A DNA stretch of 41,938 nucleotides, from positions 1-41,938 of the forward strand of contig JAZJZK010000040.1 in NCBI GenBank assembly GCA_040389905.1. The letters run 5' to 3'. This document shows positions 7,790-17,674 of the stretch, in pieces. Position numbers and translations under genes: made by a program. The notes under the pieces were generated by a model. It did not search any database, was not told the origin of the DNA, and saw only the letters and a program-made list of their open reading frames with translations. How positions within the stretch are numbered: position 1 is the stretch's first letter; each line of letters starts with the position of its first letter. This DNA comes from Gemmatimonadota bacterium (GTDB taxonomy: Bacteria; Gemmatimonadota; Gemmatimonadetes; Gemmatimonadales; Gemmatimonadaceae).

Positions 7790-9298
7790 ATGCGCGCGTT
7801 TCGTCACATCGCTCTCGTCGCCTTCGTCGCGGGCTGCGCCACCGTCGGCAGAACCGGCTCGCCGGCACCAGGCGCGGCAGCGTCGCCCACACGCGTGGCA
7901 TTGCGGCAGTTCATCGACTCCATGATCGGCGATTCGGAATTCCGTAGCGCCAATTGGGGAATTCTCATCGTCGACCCGGACAGGCACGACACGCTCTATT
8001 CGCTCAACGCGGACAAGCTCTTCATGCCCGCGAGCAACATGAAGTTGGTCACCGGTGCAACCGCGGTCACGCAACTCGGACTCGAGTACCGATGGACAAC
8101 GACGCTGTTCGCACGCGGTGCGGTGCGCGACGGTACGTTGCTCGGTGATCTGGTCGTGCGCGGAAACGGGGATCCGTCCGTCAGCGCGCATATGCAGAAG
8201 GGCGATGCGCTCGCGCCGTTGCGCGCGCTGGCCGACTCGCTGCGCGCGCACGGCATCACGCGTATCCAGGGCCGACTCGCGGCAGCGCCGTCTCCTTTCG
8301 TCGATTCACCACTCGGATACGGATGGTCGTGGAGCGATCTCGACGACTCGTACTCAGCGGGCGTCGATGCGCTCTACTTCAACGAGGGTTTCACGGAGAT
8401 CGTCGTGAAGGGTGGCGCGCGGCCGGGAGAGCCTGTGAGCGCGTACACGCGGCCAGCCTCCTCCTTTCCAAGCCTCATCGTCAAGGCGCGAACCGTCGCG
8501 AAGCTAGCTCCGACGGCATCGGCCGCTGACACCTCGGCCGCGCGCATTCGCGTGGATGTGAGCCAGGACTCGTCGCGCACTGGCGTGCTCGTCACCGGCA
8601 ACATCGTCGCGGGTGACAGCACCATCGTCGAGATAACATTCCGCGATCAGACCGCGGCGTATCTCTCCGCACTGCGTGAAGCATTCGCCGCGAAAGGCAT
8701 CATCGTCGATAACGCGTCCACCGATGCCGGTGCGCGCAACGACTCCCTCTTCGCCGTTCGTTCTCCCTCGTTGCGCGAGGTACTGCCCTTCTTCCAGAAG
8801 CCCTCGCAAAACCAGATCGGGGAACTCCTCTTCAAGACGTTGGCGCTGGAAAAGACGGGCATCGGCCGCGCCGATAGCGCGTCACGCGTGGTGAGTCGGC
8901 AACTCGTCGCGTGGGGTGCAGAAGCCGATGGATTCGCCGTTCGCGACGGCAGCGGGTTGTCGCGACACGACTATCTGGCGCCGCGCACGATCATTCACGT
9001 CCTGCATGCGATTCGGCAGCACCCCGACTTCAATGTCTTCTTCGACGCGTTGCCCATCGCCGGCGTTGACGGAACGATTCGCGCGCGAATGAAGGGAACA
9101 CCCGCCGAAGGAAACGTGCACGCCAAGACTGGCACACTCGACAAGGCGCGCGCGTTGTCCGGGTTCGTGAAGACCGCCGACGGCCGGGTGCTCTTGTTCA
9201 GCGCCTTGTGCAACAACTACTCTGTGCCGACGCGTCGCGTGGATCGCGTGACCGATGCGCTCGGCGCACGCCTCGCGTCGATGCGTCTCGATCCCTGA
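7790..9298 (+). CDS. dacB: D-alanyl-D-alanine carboxypeptidase/endopeptidase (PBP4, peptidase S13)
   Basis: PASNMK (SxxK), SQN (SxN), DGSGLS and KTG motifs; lipobox-like VAGC signal. Confidence 0.93.
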   Translation: MRAFRHIALVAFVAGCATVGRTGSPAPGAAASPTRVALRQFIDSMIGDSEFRSANWGILIVDPDRHDTLYSLNADKLFMPASNMKLVTGATAVTQLGLEYRWTTTLFARGAVRDGTLLGDLVVRGNGDPSVSAHMQKGDALAPLRALADSLRAHGITRIQGRLAAAPSPFVDSPLGYGWSWSDLDDSYSAGVDALYFNEGFTEIVVKGGARPGEPVSAYTRPASSFPSLIVKARTVAKLAPTASAADTSAARIRVDVSQDSSRTGVLVTGNIVAGDSTIVEITFRDQTAAYLSALREAFAAKGIIVDNASTDAGARNDSLFAVRSPSLREVLPFFQKPSQNQIGELLFKTLALEKTGIGRADSASRVVSRQLVAWGAEADGFAVRDGSGLSRHDYLAPRTIIHVLHAIRQHPDFNVFFDALPIAGVDGTIRARMKGTPAEGNVHAKTGTLDKARALSGFVKTADGRVLLFSALCNNYSVPTRRVDRVTDALGARLASMRLDP

Positions 9299-9299
9299 C

Positions 9300-10553
9300 G
9301 TGACCGTCACTCGGCTGGACGTGAAGGACGCCAGCGCGCACATACTCTCTGGCGTGCGCGCCTTGGATGGCGAGGACACGACACTCGACGTCGCGCTCGG
9401 ACGCATCCTCGCACGCGACGTATCATCGCCCGTTTCGCTGCCGCCACACGACAACGCGAGCATGGACGGCTTTGCCGCGCACGCCGATGATGTTCGCGGT
9501 GCGAGCGCCGAACGACCCGTACGGCTCACAGTGGTCGGAACGATCGCTGCCGGCGCGCCGCATACGCTAGCGGTCGGGCGCGGAGAGGCAGTGCGCATCA
9601 TGACCGGAGCGTTCGTTCCGGCCGGCGTCGATTCGGTCATTCGTGTTGAGGACACGGATGCGGGCGAGCACGACGTCTCGGTGTTCGACGACCGCGATGC
9701 CGCGCGCAACATACGCCCACGAGGCGAGGACGTGCGCGCGGGCGACATCGTCATGCGCGCGGGAACGCCGATCGGTGCAGCGCATATCGGAGTACTCGCG
9801 TCGGTTGGATGTGCTCGGCCGCTCGTCCACCGCAAGCCGCGTGTGGCCATCCTCGCGACAGGTGACGAAATCGTTCCAATCGAACGGTTCGACGATGTGC
9901 TCGCGGGTCGTCGGATCGTGTCCTCGAACAGTTACTCGCTCGCTGCCGCCGTGCGCGCGGCTGGAGGCGAGCCCGTCTCCCTCGGGATTGCGCCCGATGA
10001 TCCAGCGGCACTTGCTGAGGCACTCCGCGTCGCGAACGGCTGCGACGTCGTCCTCACCTCGGGTGGCGTGTCGGTCGGCGACTTCGACTACACCCGCGAC
10101 GTCGTGACGGCGCTCGGAGGCGAGCTCTCCCTTTGGCGCGTGCGGATGCGGCCCGGCGCACCGCTTGCATTTGGCAGGCTGTTCGGCGTGCCGTGGCTCG
10201 GCCTGCCGGGGAATCCCGTGTCGGCGCTCGTGACCTTCGAACTGTTTGGGCGCCCGCTTGTGCGTGTGCTCGCTGGTCACGCACGTCCGCACCGCCGCAC
10301 GATCGCCGTCACACTCGGCAACGACATTCACCTTGGCGCGCCCCTGACTCACTTCCTCCGTGCTGTCCTCGAAGATTCCGGTGGACCGCAGCCGGTCGCA
10401 CGTCTGACTGGTGCGCAGAGTTCCGGCATGCTCACGTCGATGTCGGCCGCGGATGTGCTGCTCATCGTGACGGAGAGCGTGACGGCGGGAGCGACGGTTC
10501 GGGCCATCCCCCTCGATGGTGATCTGGGCGGAAGCGCGCGCTTCCTCGAATGA
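9300..10553 (+). CDS. moeA: Molybdopterin molybdotransferase
   Basis: DNASMDGFA, RIMTGA, ATGDE, TSGGVSVG, RPG.P and GLPGNP motifs. GTG start at 9300. Confidence 0.95.
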   Translation: MTVTRLDVKDASAHILSGVRALDGEDTTLDVALGRILARDVSSPVSLPPHDNASMDGFAAHADDVRGASAERPVRLTVVGTIAAGAPHTLAVGRGEAVRIMTGAFVPAGVDSVIRVEDTDAGEHDVSVFDDRDAARNIRPRGEDVRAGDIVMRAGTPIGAAHIGVLASVGCARPLVHRKPRVAILATGDEIVPIERFDDVLAGRRIVSSNSYSLAAAVRAAGGEPVSLGIAPDDPAALAEALRVANGCDVVLTSGGVSVGDFDYTRDVVTALGGELSLWRVRMRPGAPLAFGRLFGVPWLGLPGNPVSALVTFELFGRPLVRVLAGHARPHRRTIAVTLGNDIHLGAPLTHFLRAVLEDSGGPQPVARLTGAQSSGMLTSMSAADVLLIVTESVTAGATVRAIPLDGDLGGSARFLE

Positions 10554-11239
10554 CCGGCGCGGACGCCATCGACGTCGTTGCATTACGTGCCGACTTGACG
10601 CGGCGATTTCGGACGGTGAGCCGTCCGCTCAGAATCTCCGAACGTGACGTATCGCTCCTCAGCCCGGCCAATGCGGACGACCTGATCAGCGAGGACGAAT
10701 ACGTCCAGGACGAACGACTGCCATACTGGGCGGACCTCTGGCCTTCGGCGCAGATCCTCGCGAACGAAGTGGCGATCATGCGCCTCAGCGGCCAGCATGT
10801 GCTCGAACTCGGGTGCGGATTGGGTGTCGTTGCCCTCGGCGCCGCGATGGCCGGTGCAATCGTCACGGCCACGGACTACTACGATGACGCGCTCCTCTTC
10901 GCCGCACTCAACGTCGCCGAAGCAACCGGACGCAGTATCAGCACGCGCATGGTGAACTGGACGGCCCTTCCAGATGACCTCGGAAAGTTCGATGTCGTAC
11001 TCGCGTCGGACGTCCTGTACGAACATCGCTACGCCGCGATGGTCGCCAGTGCGATCGCGAGGACGCTTGTTCGCGGCGGGGAGGCCATCGTGGCCGACCC
11101 CGGTCGCATCGCACTCGAAGAATTCCTCGAAGAATGCGCCGATCGCGGCCTCGCGAGCGAGGCGGACGTGCGGCCGTATTCCGACGGTGACATTCGCCAG
11201 ACCATCACGCTCTGGCGTCTGCGGTGGAAGAGCGGTTGA
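10550..11239 (+). CDS. Class I SAM-dependent methyltransferase, Methyltransf_16 (protein lysine MTase-like) family
   Basis: PYWADLWPSA, VLELGCGLG, TDY and SDVLYE motifs. ATGA overlap with moeA. Confidence 0.85.
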   Translation: MTGADAIDVVALRADLTRRFRTVSRPLRISERDVSLLSPANADDLISEDEYVQDERLPYWADLWPSAQILANEVAIMRLSGQHVLELGCGLGVVALGAAMAGAIVTATDYYDDALLFAALNVAEATGRSISTRMVNWTALPDDLGKFDVVLASDVLYEHRYAAMVASAIARTLVRGGEAIVADPGRIALEEFLEECADRGLASEADVRPYSDGDIRQTITLWRLRWKSG

Positions 11240-11240
11240 G

Positions 11241-13313
11241 CTAGGCGAGCTGGCCGGCGACGACTTCCGAAATATCCCAGACGGGTACATCTGAGCCGTT
11301 GGCTTTCACGCCGTCGGTCATCATCGTCATGCAGAAGGGGCACGCCACGGCAATCGCGTCGGCACCGGTCGCGAGCAGTTCTTCCGTCCGCTCGATGTTG
11401 ATGCGCTTGCCCGTACGCTCCTCCATGAACATCCGGCCGCCACCCGCTCCACAACACAGGCCGCGATCCTTGTTCCTCGGCGCTTCGACCAGATTGATCA
11501 CGGGAAGCGCGCGCTTCATCGACTCACGCGGCGCGTCATACACATCGTTGTAGCGGCCGAGGTAGCAGCTGTCGTGGTAAGCCACGGTGAGCTTCCGGCC
11601 CTCTGCGGTTGTCAACGGAACGCGTTCTTCCTGAAGCAACCGTTCGATGTATGTCGAATGATGGATGACTTCGTAGTTGCCGCCCAACTGCGGAAACTCG
11701 TTGCCGATCTGATGGAAACAGTGCGGACAATGGGTCACGATCGTCCTGACCTCGTAGCGGTCGAGCGTCTCGATGGTGTTCTTCGCCAGGACCTGGTAGA
11801 GGTATTCGTTGCCCATGCGGCGCGCGGGATCGCCGTGACAGCTCTCCTCCTGCCCCAGTATCGCGAAGTTGATGTTGCAGGCCTGCATGATCTTCGCGAA
11901 GGCGACGGTGATCTTTTTCGCACGGTCGTCGAACGAGCCCATGCATCCCACCCAATACAACAGGTCGGGACGTTCACCGCGCTCCATCAACTCGGCCATG
12001 GTCGAGATGTGCAGGCCGTTCGCCCACTCGGCTCGGTCGCCCGCATTGAACGCCCACGGCGATCCATTGCGCTCCAGCGACTCGAACACGGGTTGCAGCT
12101 CCTCGGGGAAGCGGGACTCCGTGAGCACCAGGTTGCGGCGCAAGGAGTTGATGACGTCGAGTTGGTCGATGGAGACGGGACATTCGGTCACACACGCCCT
12201 GCAACTCGTGCATGCCCACAGCTCCTCTTCCGTGATGTAGTTGTCGAGGAGGCGGTGGGCGAGCGCCTCGTCCGGCGTGTGTGCGCGCGCGTCATCCCCT
12301 TCCCCGTGCACGAGCGCCGCGACGGTGAAGTCCATGCGATCGCCCGTTACCACTGGGCCCTTCTCCATCAATCGCTGCCGCGTATTGACGACGATCTTGC
12401 GCGGACTCAATGGCTTGCCGGTGATGTTCGCGGGACATGCCGCGGTGCAACGGCCACACTCGGTGCAGGAGTATCCATCGAGCAGGTTCTTCCACGACAA
12501 GTGCTCGACGTCGCTTGCGCCGAACTCGTCGACCTCCGCCTCGAGATCCATGTACCGCATCGCGCCGCGCGTTCCCGGACCGCTCGTATTCGAAAAGAAA
12601 ACGTTGATGAGCGAGGTGACGACGTGCAAATGCTTGGAGTACGGCAGGTAGTTGAGGAATGCCAGAATGAGCAGCGCGTGCGCCCACCAGAAAATCTGAA
12701 AGCGCGCAAGGGCCGCTCGACCCTTCATCATGCCGCCCAGGGCCGTGGCGAGCGCGTGAGACGCGACCTTCTCGGGCCCATATGCCCCCGGCAGAACGAC
12801 CAGCAGGAATGCATTGCTGAGCAGCAGCGTGAGCATCAGGCCCGCGATCATGCTCAGGATGATGAGCGCGTCCGTGTGCTCGAGATCATCGCCTTCGAGC
12901 CGCTTCGGATGCAGAATCGTGCGCCGGAACAGCGCGAAACCAACAGCGGCCAGGACGAGCACGGCAAAAATGTCCTGGGAGGCGGAGTACGCGAGGTAGA
13001 TGAAGCGCGGGAGAATCCGCGCGAAGGTAAAGCTGTTGAACACGCCGCTGACCAGGATCTCCACCGTGCCTGCGGTGAGAACCATGAAGCCCCAGAAGAT
13101 CAGCGCGTGCATCGGGCCCGCGACCGGATCGCGGAAGATCTTCTTCTGCGCGATTCCGATCTCGAACACGTTCTTCAGGCGCGTGAACGGATGGTCCGTG
13201 CGATCCTCGGCGAAGCCGAGCTGCATGTAGCTCATCAATCGCTGGACGTTGAGGGCGAAGAAGCCCGCTGCCGCGACGAGAATGAAGAGGAAGATGATGC
13301 TGCCTGAGGTCAT
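11241..13313 (-). CDS. Membrane-bound Fe-S oxidoreductase (FadF / heterodisulfide-reductase-like, CCG domains), probable ETF:quinone oxidoreductase
   Basis: N-terminal TM helices with His, two CxxCxxCxxxCP ferredoxin motifs, CCG domains ([18 protein letters not shown]). GGAG precedes ATG 13313. Confidence 0.9.
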   Translation of the reverse strand: MTSGSIIFLFILVAAAGFFALNVQRLMSYMQLGFAEDRTDHPFTRLKNVFEIGIAQKKIFRDPVAGPMHALIFWGFMVLTAGTVEILVSGVFNSFTFARILPRFIYLAYSASQDIFAVLVLAAVGFALFRRTILHPKRLEGDDLEHTDALIILSMIAGLMLTLLLSNAFLLVVLPGAYGPEKVASHALATALGGMMKGRAALARFQIFWWAHALLILAFLNYLPYSKHLHVVTSLINVFFSNTSGPGTRGAMRYMDLEAEVDEFGASDVEHLSWKNLLDGYSCTECGRCTAACPANITGKPLSPRKIVVNTRQRLMEKGPVVTGDRMDFTVAALVHGEGDDARAHTPDEALAHRLLDNYITEEELWACTSCRACVTECPVSIDQLDVINSLRRNLVLTESRFPEELQPVFESLERNGSPWAFNAGDRAEWANGLHISTMAELMERGERPDLLYWVGCMGSFDDRAKKITVAFAKIMQACNINFAILGQEESCHGDPARRMGNEYLYQVLAKNTIETLDRYEVRTIVTHCPHCFHQIGNEFPQLGGNYEVIHHSTYIERLLQEERVPLTTAEGRKLTVAYHDSCYLGRYNDVYDAPRESMKRALPVINLVEAPRNKDRGLCCGAGGGRMFMEERTGKRINIERTEELLATGADAIAVACPFCMTMMTDGVKANGSDVPVWDISEVVAGQLA

Positions 13314-13385
13314 GCAGGGCACTCCGGAAGTGCGGTTCGCTTGAGCCGATTGGCTTGGCGAGCGGAAGGTATGAGCAGGCCGTGT

Positions 13386-13486
13386 TAGGGGACAGGGGAG
13401 AGGAGCTGGGAGCTAGGGACTAGGTGCGAGGAGCTAGGAACAGACGTCCTTCCTCATGGCTTCTAGCCCCAAGGACCTTGTCCCCT
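13386..13486. repeat. Second copy of the heptamer inverted-repeat element
   Basis: AGGGGAC AGGGGAG AGGAGCT GGGAGCT AGGGACT ... GCTAGGAACAG ... CTAGCCCC ... TGTCCCCT. Shares GCTAGGAACAG and both termini with 5649-5784. Confidence 0.75.
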
Positions 13487-13526
13487 TGACATCCGGTTTC
13501 TACACATGTAAATCTACAACTGTAGA
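13486..13526 (+). promoter_or_regulatory. sigma70 promoter with two BlaI/MecI operators
   Basis: TTGACA at 13486-13491, 17-nt spacer, TAAATC at 13509. TACAcaTGTA at 13501-13510 and TCTACAacTGTAGA at 13513-13526 match the BlaI/MecI/CopY consensus TACAnnTGTA. Confidence 0.85.
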
Positions 13527-13548
13527 GCCACCCGCGCGGAGCCACGAC

Positions 13549-13941
13549 ATGACCGACCAGCATCAACTCACCGATCTCCAGACCTCCATCCTCCGCCTGT
13601 TGTGGCAACGCGGAGAGGCCACCGTCGCGGAAATCTGGGAAGAACTGTACGCGGAACGCGGGCTTGCCCAGACGACGATCGCCACCATCGTGGCACGCCT
13701 CCAGCGCCGGGGCATTCTCGCCCGTCGCAACAAGGACCGGCAGTTCGTCTACCGGCCGCTCATCACCGAGGCCGATGTCCAGCATTCGATGGTGAAGGAA
13801 CTCACCGAGCGCCTCTTCGACGGCGATGTCACCGCATTGGTCAGCCACCTCATCGCCGACCGCGACATGACACCCGGTGATCTCGAACGCGTACGGCAGA
13901 TGATCGAGAACGCATCGCCCGGCAAAGGGGAAGCCAAATGA
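13549..13941 (+). CDS. BlaI/MecI/CopY family transcriptional repressor
   Basis: LTDLQ..IL..LW..GEATV.EI...TTIATIVARL..RG...FVYRP...FDG pattern; GGAG RBS. Confidence 0.93.
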   Translation: MTDQHQLTDLQTSILRLLWQRGEATVAEIWEELYAERGLAQTTIATIVARLQRRGILARRNKDRQFVYRPLITEADVQHSMVKELTERLFDGDVTALVSHLIADRDMTPGDLERVRQMIENASPGKGEAK

Positions 13942-16013
13942 CGACGTCCATTTCCGCCGCCGCACTCGCGTGGTTGCTCACGTATGCGGTGCACAGCACG
14001 GTCCTGCTCGGTTCTGCCCTGCTTCTAGTGCGCGTTCGGCGGTGGACGCCGGCAGCGGCCGAGATTCTGTGGAAGACGGCGATGGTTGGCAGCATTCTCA
14101 CGGCCACTCTTCAGCTTCAGCTCGATGTCCGGCCGGCTGGAACAGTCTCGCTCGTGAAGTCACCGGCGGCGACGGCCTCGGCAAAGACGCCTTCGAGCGA
14201 CGAACATGTGTCCGCCGCGCAGGCCGACGAAGAGCCCGTGGGCTTGCCCGAACTCGCGAAGCGTTCGGACCCCTCCGTTTCCTTCCACGCCGCAAATAAC
14301 CCGCCCACCACGGCCAGTGCGACCGGTGCTTCGGCGTCATTCGTGGTCGTTGCGGTATGGGCGACGATCGCGCTATTGCTCGCCGTTGCCTTCGGCGCGC
14401 GTCGGCTCGTCCTTGTCGGTCGCCTCGGTGACCGCCGCGCGGTGCATGACGGCCGCATCATCGAAATCCTGTCCGAGTTGTCGCGCGATACCGGGTTGTC
14501 CGGCACTCCGCGGTTAACGACCACCGTCAGTATCTCCAGCCCGGTCGCGCTGGGCATTCGTGAGATCTGCATTCCGGAGTCGGCGCTCACGGAACTCGAC
14601 GTCGAGCAACAGCGTAGCATGTTGGCGCATGAGCTCGCGCACCTTGCGCGCCGCGATCCGCTGTGGCTCGTGCTCGCGAGCATCATCGAACGCGTGTTCT
14701 GGATTCAACCACTCAATCGCGTCGCGCGGCGACAAATCGCCACGGCCGCCGAATATCTCTGTGACGACTGGGCGGTGCATCGCACCGGTTCGGGACTCGC
14801 CCTGGCCCGCTGCCTCGCGCAGGTGGCTGAATGGATTCAGGCCTCACCACTTGGCGTGCCGGTATCCGGTATGGCTGAAGAGCGTTCCCTTCTCGTATCT
14901 CGCGTCTCTCGCCTCCTGGAGGACAGAATGCCAAGCACCGCCTCACGTCGCGCCCTCGTGCTCGGCGCAATCGCCATGCTGCTTGGAACCGTCGTGCTGG
15001 TGCCGAGTGTGTCTGGAAAGACAGCGCCCGATCGTACCCTCGATGACCAGCGGCCGTCGGCATCCGAAGCTGTTATTACGCGTGGGCCGACCGGTTCGGA
15101 CGCGCCGGATGATGTCACGCCGATGCTCGCCGTCATGGAACACAAGCGGTCCGGTGTCCTGACTGCCGCCGACAGCGCCGTCGTCGTCGCACTCATCGCG
15201 CGCCTCAAGGACGAAGATGCCGAGGTGCGCCAGGCCGCCGCCGAGGCGCTCGGCAAGCTCGAGGATGCGCGCGCCGTTCCAGGACTAATCGAAGCCCTCA
15301 AGGACCGTGACAAGCGCGTCCGGGCGAGCGCAGCGCAATCGCTCGGCCAGTTCAAGGACGGCCGCTCGATGAACGCGCTCGTCGCTCTGCTCAGCGATTC
15401 ATCGACCGAGGTCAAGCGCCAGGCGCTCGAAGCGCTCTCCGAGTTCGAAGAGGGTGTTCCCTCCGCAGGCATTGTGCGTTTGCTCGACGACCGTGATTCG
15501 GAGATCCGCCACAAGGCGGCACACCTTGTCGGGCAACTGCACGATCGCTCCGCGAGCGGCGCATTAGCGAAGCTTATTCGCGACTCCAATGCAGACGTCC
15601 GTAGCGCGGCCATCGAAGCGTTGAGTGAACTGCACGATGTGTCCGCCGGTTCCGCAATTCTCCCTGCGCTCGGCGACGTCGATGCCGATGTGCGGCAGCA
15701 GGCACTCAGCGCCTTGAGCGACCTCAAGACTCCGATCCCGGAAGCCACGCTGATCGCGCTGCTGCGCGACACCAGCCCCGATGTGCGCAGTCACGCGGCC
15801 GACCTCGCCGGCGAACGATCGGTGGTGGCCGCCATCCCGGCGCTCCGCCGCATGCTCGAGGACGCGAACGGAGATGTGCGGCAGAATGCCGTGTCGGCGT
15901 TGAGCAACATTGCTGACGCGGCCGCACACGATGCGTTGCGCGCGGCTCTTAACTCGAAGGATCCCAAGGTGCGCCGCGCCGCTGTCGAGGCGCTCGGTGA
16001 GCGGAGGCAATGA
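13938..16013 (+). CDS. M56 family (BlaR1-like) metallopeptidase with C-terminal HEAT repeats
   Basis: TM helices, SP..LG, LAHELAH (HExxH), W.QPL and EYLCDD motifs. A further TM segment is followed by about 9 PBS-lyase HEAT repeats (L.D.D.EVR.AA..ALG). Confidence 0.92.
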   Translation: MTTSISAAALAWLLTYAVHSTVLLGSALLLVRVRRWTPAAAEILWKTAMVGSILTATLQLQLDVRPAGTVSLVKSPAATASAKTPSSDEHVSAAQADEEPVGLPELAKRSDPSVSFHAANNPPTTASATGASASFVVVAVWATIALLLAVAFGARRLVLVGRLGDRRAVHDGRIIEILSELSRDTGLSGTPRLTTTVSISSPVALGIREICIPESALTELDVEQQRSMLAHELAHLARRDPLWLVLASIIERVFWIQPLNRVARRQIATAAEYLCDDWAVHRTGSGLALARCLAQVAEWIQASPLGVPVSGMAEERSLLVSRVSRLLEDRMPSTASRRALVLGAIAMLLGTVVLVPSVSGKTAPDRTLDDQRPSASEAVITRGPTGSDAPDDVTPMLAVMEHKRSGVLTAADSAVVVALIARLKDEDAEVRQAAAEALGKLEDARAVPGLIEALKDRDKRVRASAAQSLGQFKDGRSMNALVALLSDSSTEVKRQALEALSEFEEGVPSAGIVRLLDDRDSEIRHKAAHLVGQLHDRSASGALAKLIRDSNADVRSAAIEALSELHDVSAGSAILPALGDVDADVRQQALSALSDLKTPIPEATLIALLRDTSPDVRSHAADLAGERSVVAAIPALRRMLEDANGDVRQNAVSALSNIADAAAHDALRAALNSKDPKVRRAAVEALGERRQ

Positions 16014-17269
16014 CCATGCGCCGCGCCACCAAGATTCTCGTCTCGACGCTTTTCGGCGCTGGAGCGCTCGTCGCGGGCGTTCGGTTGAGTAGTGCCTCGA
16101 CGTTCTCCAATTCTTCGAACGACGATGACGAACGGCATGCCGGCCCCGATTCCGCACGCGTCGCCATGATGTTGGACGCCGTCGGCAGGGCGGACCCGCT
16201 CGTCTGCGAACTGATCGCCGACCAACTCGGCAACTTCTGGTACGGGCATGAGCGTTCGGGAATCGGAAGACTCTCGGACGCGAAGACATCATTGGATGCA
16301 GCGAAGGATTCGATCGGCGGACGAGTCTCCGAGCCTCGCGCCATCCAGCGATTGACCACGGAACTCGCAAACCCGAACGCGTGTGTACGTCGTGTCGCGA
16401 GCAAGATGCTCGGCCACAGCGCGATCACGAATGAGAGAATCGGTGCGCTGCTCGCGGATGCGTCGCCTGTCGTGCGTGAGGCGGCAGCGTTGACAGCCGG
16501 CGTCGCCGAGCGGCACGAGTTGACGACAGCGCTGGTGAATGCGCTCGGCGACCGGTCTCCTGCCGTGGCGGCCATGTCGGCGTGGGCGCTCGGTGAAACT
16601 GAAGATCGTGCGGCGTTTTCGGCGCTCGTGAAGTCAGCACGGAGCGGTGAAATACGCTCCCGCGCGGCCGCGATCTGGGCGCTCGGTCAACTCGAAGACG
16701 ACCGCGCGGTCCCAGTCGTGCTCCCCGCGCTCGGTGACGCCGATGCCGGCATTCGTGCGATTGCGGCGGAGGTCCTCGGGAAGTTCGAGAATGCGGAAAG
16801 TGTGTTGCCGATCGAACGGCTGTTGGCCCGAGACACGGATGCGTCGGTCCGAGTTGCCGCAGCGGAAGCACTCGGAGAACTGAGTGCTCCCACCTCCGCG
16901 GCGGCGCTTGGCCGCGCACTCGAAGACAGCGATGTCCGCGTACGCCGCAGCGCAGCGAGCGCACTCGCGGACCTCGACGACCTGCACACGGCGCCCCCAG
17001 AGTTGGTGAAAGCGTTGTCGTCGCCTGACAAGGTATTACGACGTCGCGCCGCGCACGCGCTCTGCGAGATCTCTGATCCCGCCACTGTCCAGGCATTGAT
17101 CGGACTGCTCGACGATCCCGACGCAGAGTTGAGGAAGAATGCCATCGAGAGTCTCGGGAACATTGGCAATCCAGCCGCTGTGTCGGGGCTCTCGCGTGCA
17201 CTGAACGACAAGGATCCTCAGGTCAGGAAGGCTGCCGTCGAGGCGCTCGGAGAGATGAAAAAGGATTGA
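16010..17269 (+). CDS. Exported HEAT-repeat protein
   Basis: Basic N-terminus plus hydrophobic signal, then about 10 HEAT repeats. ATGA overlap with the upstream gene. Confidence 0.88.
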   Translation: MTMRRATKILVSTLFGAGALVAGVRLSSASTFSNSSNDDDERHAGPDSARVAMMLDAVGRADPLVCELIADQLGNFWYGHERSGIGRLSDAKTSLDAAKDSIGGRVSEPRAIQRLTTELANPNACVRRVASKMLGHSAITNERIGALLADASPVVREAAALTAGVAERHELTTALVNALGDRSPAVAAMSAWALGETEDRAAFSALVKSARSGEIRSRAAAIWALGQLEDDRAVPVVLPALGDADAGIRAIAAEVLGKFENAESVLPIERLLARDTDASVRVAAAEALGELSAPTSAAALGRALEDSDVRVRRSAASALADLDDLHTAPPELVKALSSPDKVLRRRAAHALCEISDPATVQALIGLLDDPDAELRKNAIESLGNIGNPAAVSGLSRALNDKDPQVRKAAVEALGEMKKD

Positions 17270-17281
17270 CGATGCGGGTCG

Positions 17282-17674
17282 TCAGCCGGCGCAGCCGGGG
17301 CACTTGAAGAAGATTGACATCAATCGAATGACTCGCTCGCCGAACAATGCGAGCGTGAGCAAACTGGCCAGCAGGCCGACGGCCTTGTGGCCGATGCGAA
17401 AGGCGAGACCGGGCGGGGGACTCCCCATTCCGGTCTCGCTCGTTTCGTCGAGCTTCTTCTCGAAAAGCGCCCAGAGGCCGAAGGTGCTCACGACGGCCAG
17501 CGCCAGTGCGCTGCGGTGCCAGCCCCACGCCCACAGTTGTAGCCCGGCTGGTGCCGCAACCTGCATGAGCAAGTAGAAGCGCGCCGGCACCTGCCGTATG
17601 GCAATCGAATGAAGGCCCGCGAATAGCGTCGGGCCTTCGGATGCTTCGTCGTATCTAGTGACCCTTGCGCGCAT
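17282..17674 (-). CDS. Hypothetical membrane protein
   Basis: Two to three hydrophobic segments and a C-terminal CPGC. Start uncertain (17674 or 17566). Confidence 0.45.
   Translation of the reverse strand: MRARVTRYDEASEGPTLFAGLHSIAIRQVPARFYLLMQVAAPAGLQLWAWGWHRSALALAVVSTFGLWALFEKKLDETSETGMGSPPPGLAFRIGHKAVGLLASLLTLALFGERVIRLMSIFFKCPGCAG
17611..17638 (-). terminator. Possible hairpin/terminator after etfA
   Basis: 9-bp inverted repeat GAAGGCCCG...CGGGCCTTC just past the etfA stop. The U-tract is weak. Confidence 0.35.

Noticed and set aside
11574..13307. 577-aa plus-strand ORF
   Set aside because: Antisense shadow of the Fe-S oxidoreductase.
13549..17269. Beta-lactam resistance (bla/mec) locus
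   Set aside because: No beta-lactamase or PBP2a gene is present, and neither M56 protein has a penicillin-binding sensor domain.
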